In this document: positions 62,799-64,000 of the stretch, piece after piece
How positions within the stretch are numbered: the first letter of the stretch is position 1
How the letters are laid out: the number at the start of each line of letters is the position of its first letter
Assembly (NCBI RefSeq): GCF_009834535.1
Contig: NC_045697.1
Span: forward strand, 90,336,001 to 90,400,000
Source: Camelus ferus
Taxonomy: Eukaryota
Length of the DNA stretch: 64,000 bases
Direction of reading: 5' to 3'
Made by a program: the position numbers and the translations under genes
Notes under the pieces: model-generated
What the model was told of the DNA's origin: nothing
Databases searched by the model: none
The model's input: only the letters and a program-made list of their open reading frames with translations

Positions 62799-64000
62799 GA
62801 GAGTTGAGATCAAGATGACAAATCAGGAAGATTCTGAGTTCATTTCATTCCAAAGGCACACAAAAAATATAACTACTTAGAGAGTAACTACCTTTGCAGT
62901 GACCTACAGAACAGAAGAAAAGATTTTCCACAACAAAAGATCTAAAAAAGGAGCCACAACAAGGTGAGTAGGAGGGGCAGAGATGCAGCCCAGTCAGGAC
63001 CCATACTCTTGGCATGGTAATCCACAAGCTGAAGGGATATCACAACCACACCAGTCTCCTCAAGCAGCAAGAGGTCCAAGCCCCATTCACCCTTCCTACA
63101 CCATGGGTTCTGCCCTGGGAAGGCGAGCCTCCAAAATATCTGGTTTTGAAAACCAGCTGGGCTTGCACTCAGGAGAGTCAGAGGGCGGTAAATAACTGAG
63201 ACTTCACCCTTAACAGATGTGTGCAAAAACACACTCACTTTGAGTCCCAGCAGATATAGCATTTGAAAGCTGAGTCAGACCTAGGTCAGACCCAGTTGCT
63301 AATTTGGAAAGCCTCATGGAGAAGTTGGAGGCAGGTGGAACTCCCCCCCAGCGACTGAGATGCTGGTAGCATCCATTTTGTGATCTCATCCTACCATGCT
63401 GACATGCATGCTGGTGGGCCTTCCCTGGGGGTCTAGCACTGGGGGTCTGCCCCACCAACAAGCATGCCTGAACAGTCACATTATGGTGAGCCTCACAACC
63501 ACCCATACCAGGGTCCTGCCCCACTCAAGAGTGCATCTACAGCAGTCACACAAAGCAAGTCCTCACAGCCCAGTTAGGGGCCAGCCTTGCCTACCAATGT
63601 GCTTGCAGCAGTTAGCCCCACCAAAAAAGAAGGATGCACACAGCCCATAGAGGGTACACTCCTAGAGAATTTGGCTCTGGTTGCCAAAGGGGAGCATGCT
63701 AGTAGACCCCACATCTCCAACATAAAGCCACTTCTCCAATACCAGAAGATATAAAAAACATACCTAATACATAGAAATAAACAGAGAATTAGGCAAAATG
63801 AAGAGACAAAGGAAAATTGTCCAAACAAAAGGAAAAGGCAAAACCTCAGAAAAATAACTAAATGAAACAGATAAGCAATCTACCGACAAAGAGCTCAAGC
63901 TAATGATCGTAAAGATGCTCACCAAACTTGAGAGAAAAATGAATGAACACAGTGATAACTTCAATGAAGAGTTAGAAAATATAAAAAAGAACTAATCAGA
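62799..64000 (+). mobile_element. L1 (or HAL1-like) 5'UTR and disrupted ORF1 start, running off the window
   Basis: GATCAAGATGAC start resembles the 10136 element. GC-richer 5'UTR. ORF1-like ATGAAGAGACAAAGGAA at 63798 and ..DKELKLMIVKMLTKL.., with stops. Confidence 0.82.

Noticed and set aside
1..64000. tRNA, rRNA, tRNA-derived young SINEs, CRISPR array, NUMT, processed pseudogene, CpG-island promoter
   Set aside because: None recognised by eye; diverged examples could have been missed.

Overview
AT-rich mammalian genomic DNA with no recognisable intact host protein-coding gene, RNA gene, CpG island or CRISPR array. Much of the window is interspersed repeat: LINE-1 of several ages, L2, CR1/L3, MIR, MaLR/ERVL/ERV1 LTRs and microsatellites. 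The youngest L1 3' ends resemble camelid L1 as I recall it, so the species call is inference. Most L1s lie on +, and the best splice-site pairs I noticed lie on -, which suggests introns of a large minus-strand transcription unit that I cannot name. Notable items: (1) an internally deleted L1 whose 5'UTR is fused directly to the ORF2 RT region, carrying a nested L1 and a foldback micro-rearrangement; (2) a twin-primed 5'-inverted L1; (3) a very young L1 with an open 448-codon ORF2 C-terminus; (4) candidate 78-nt and 29-nt minus-strand exons; (5) candidate conserved regulatory blocks; (6) ancient CR1 RT remnants. I found no well-supported novel biological system. Repeat subfamily names come from recalled consensus similarity, not a database search, and boundaries of old repeats are approximate.
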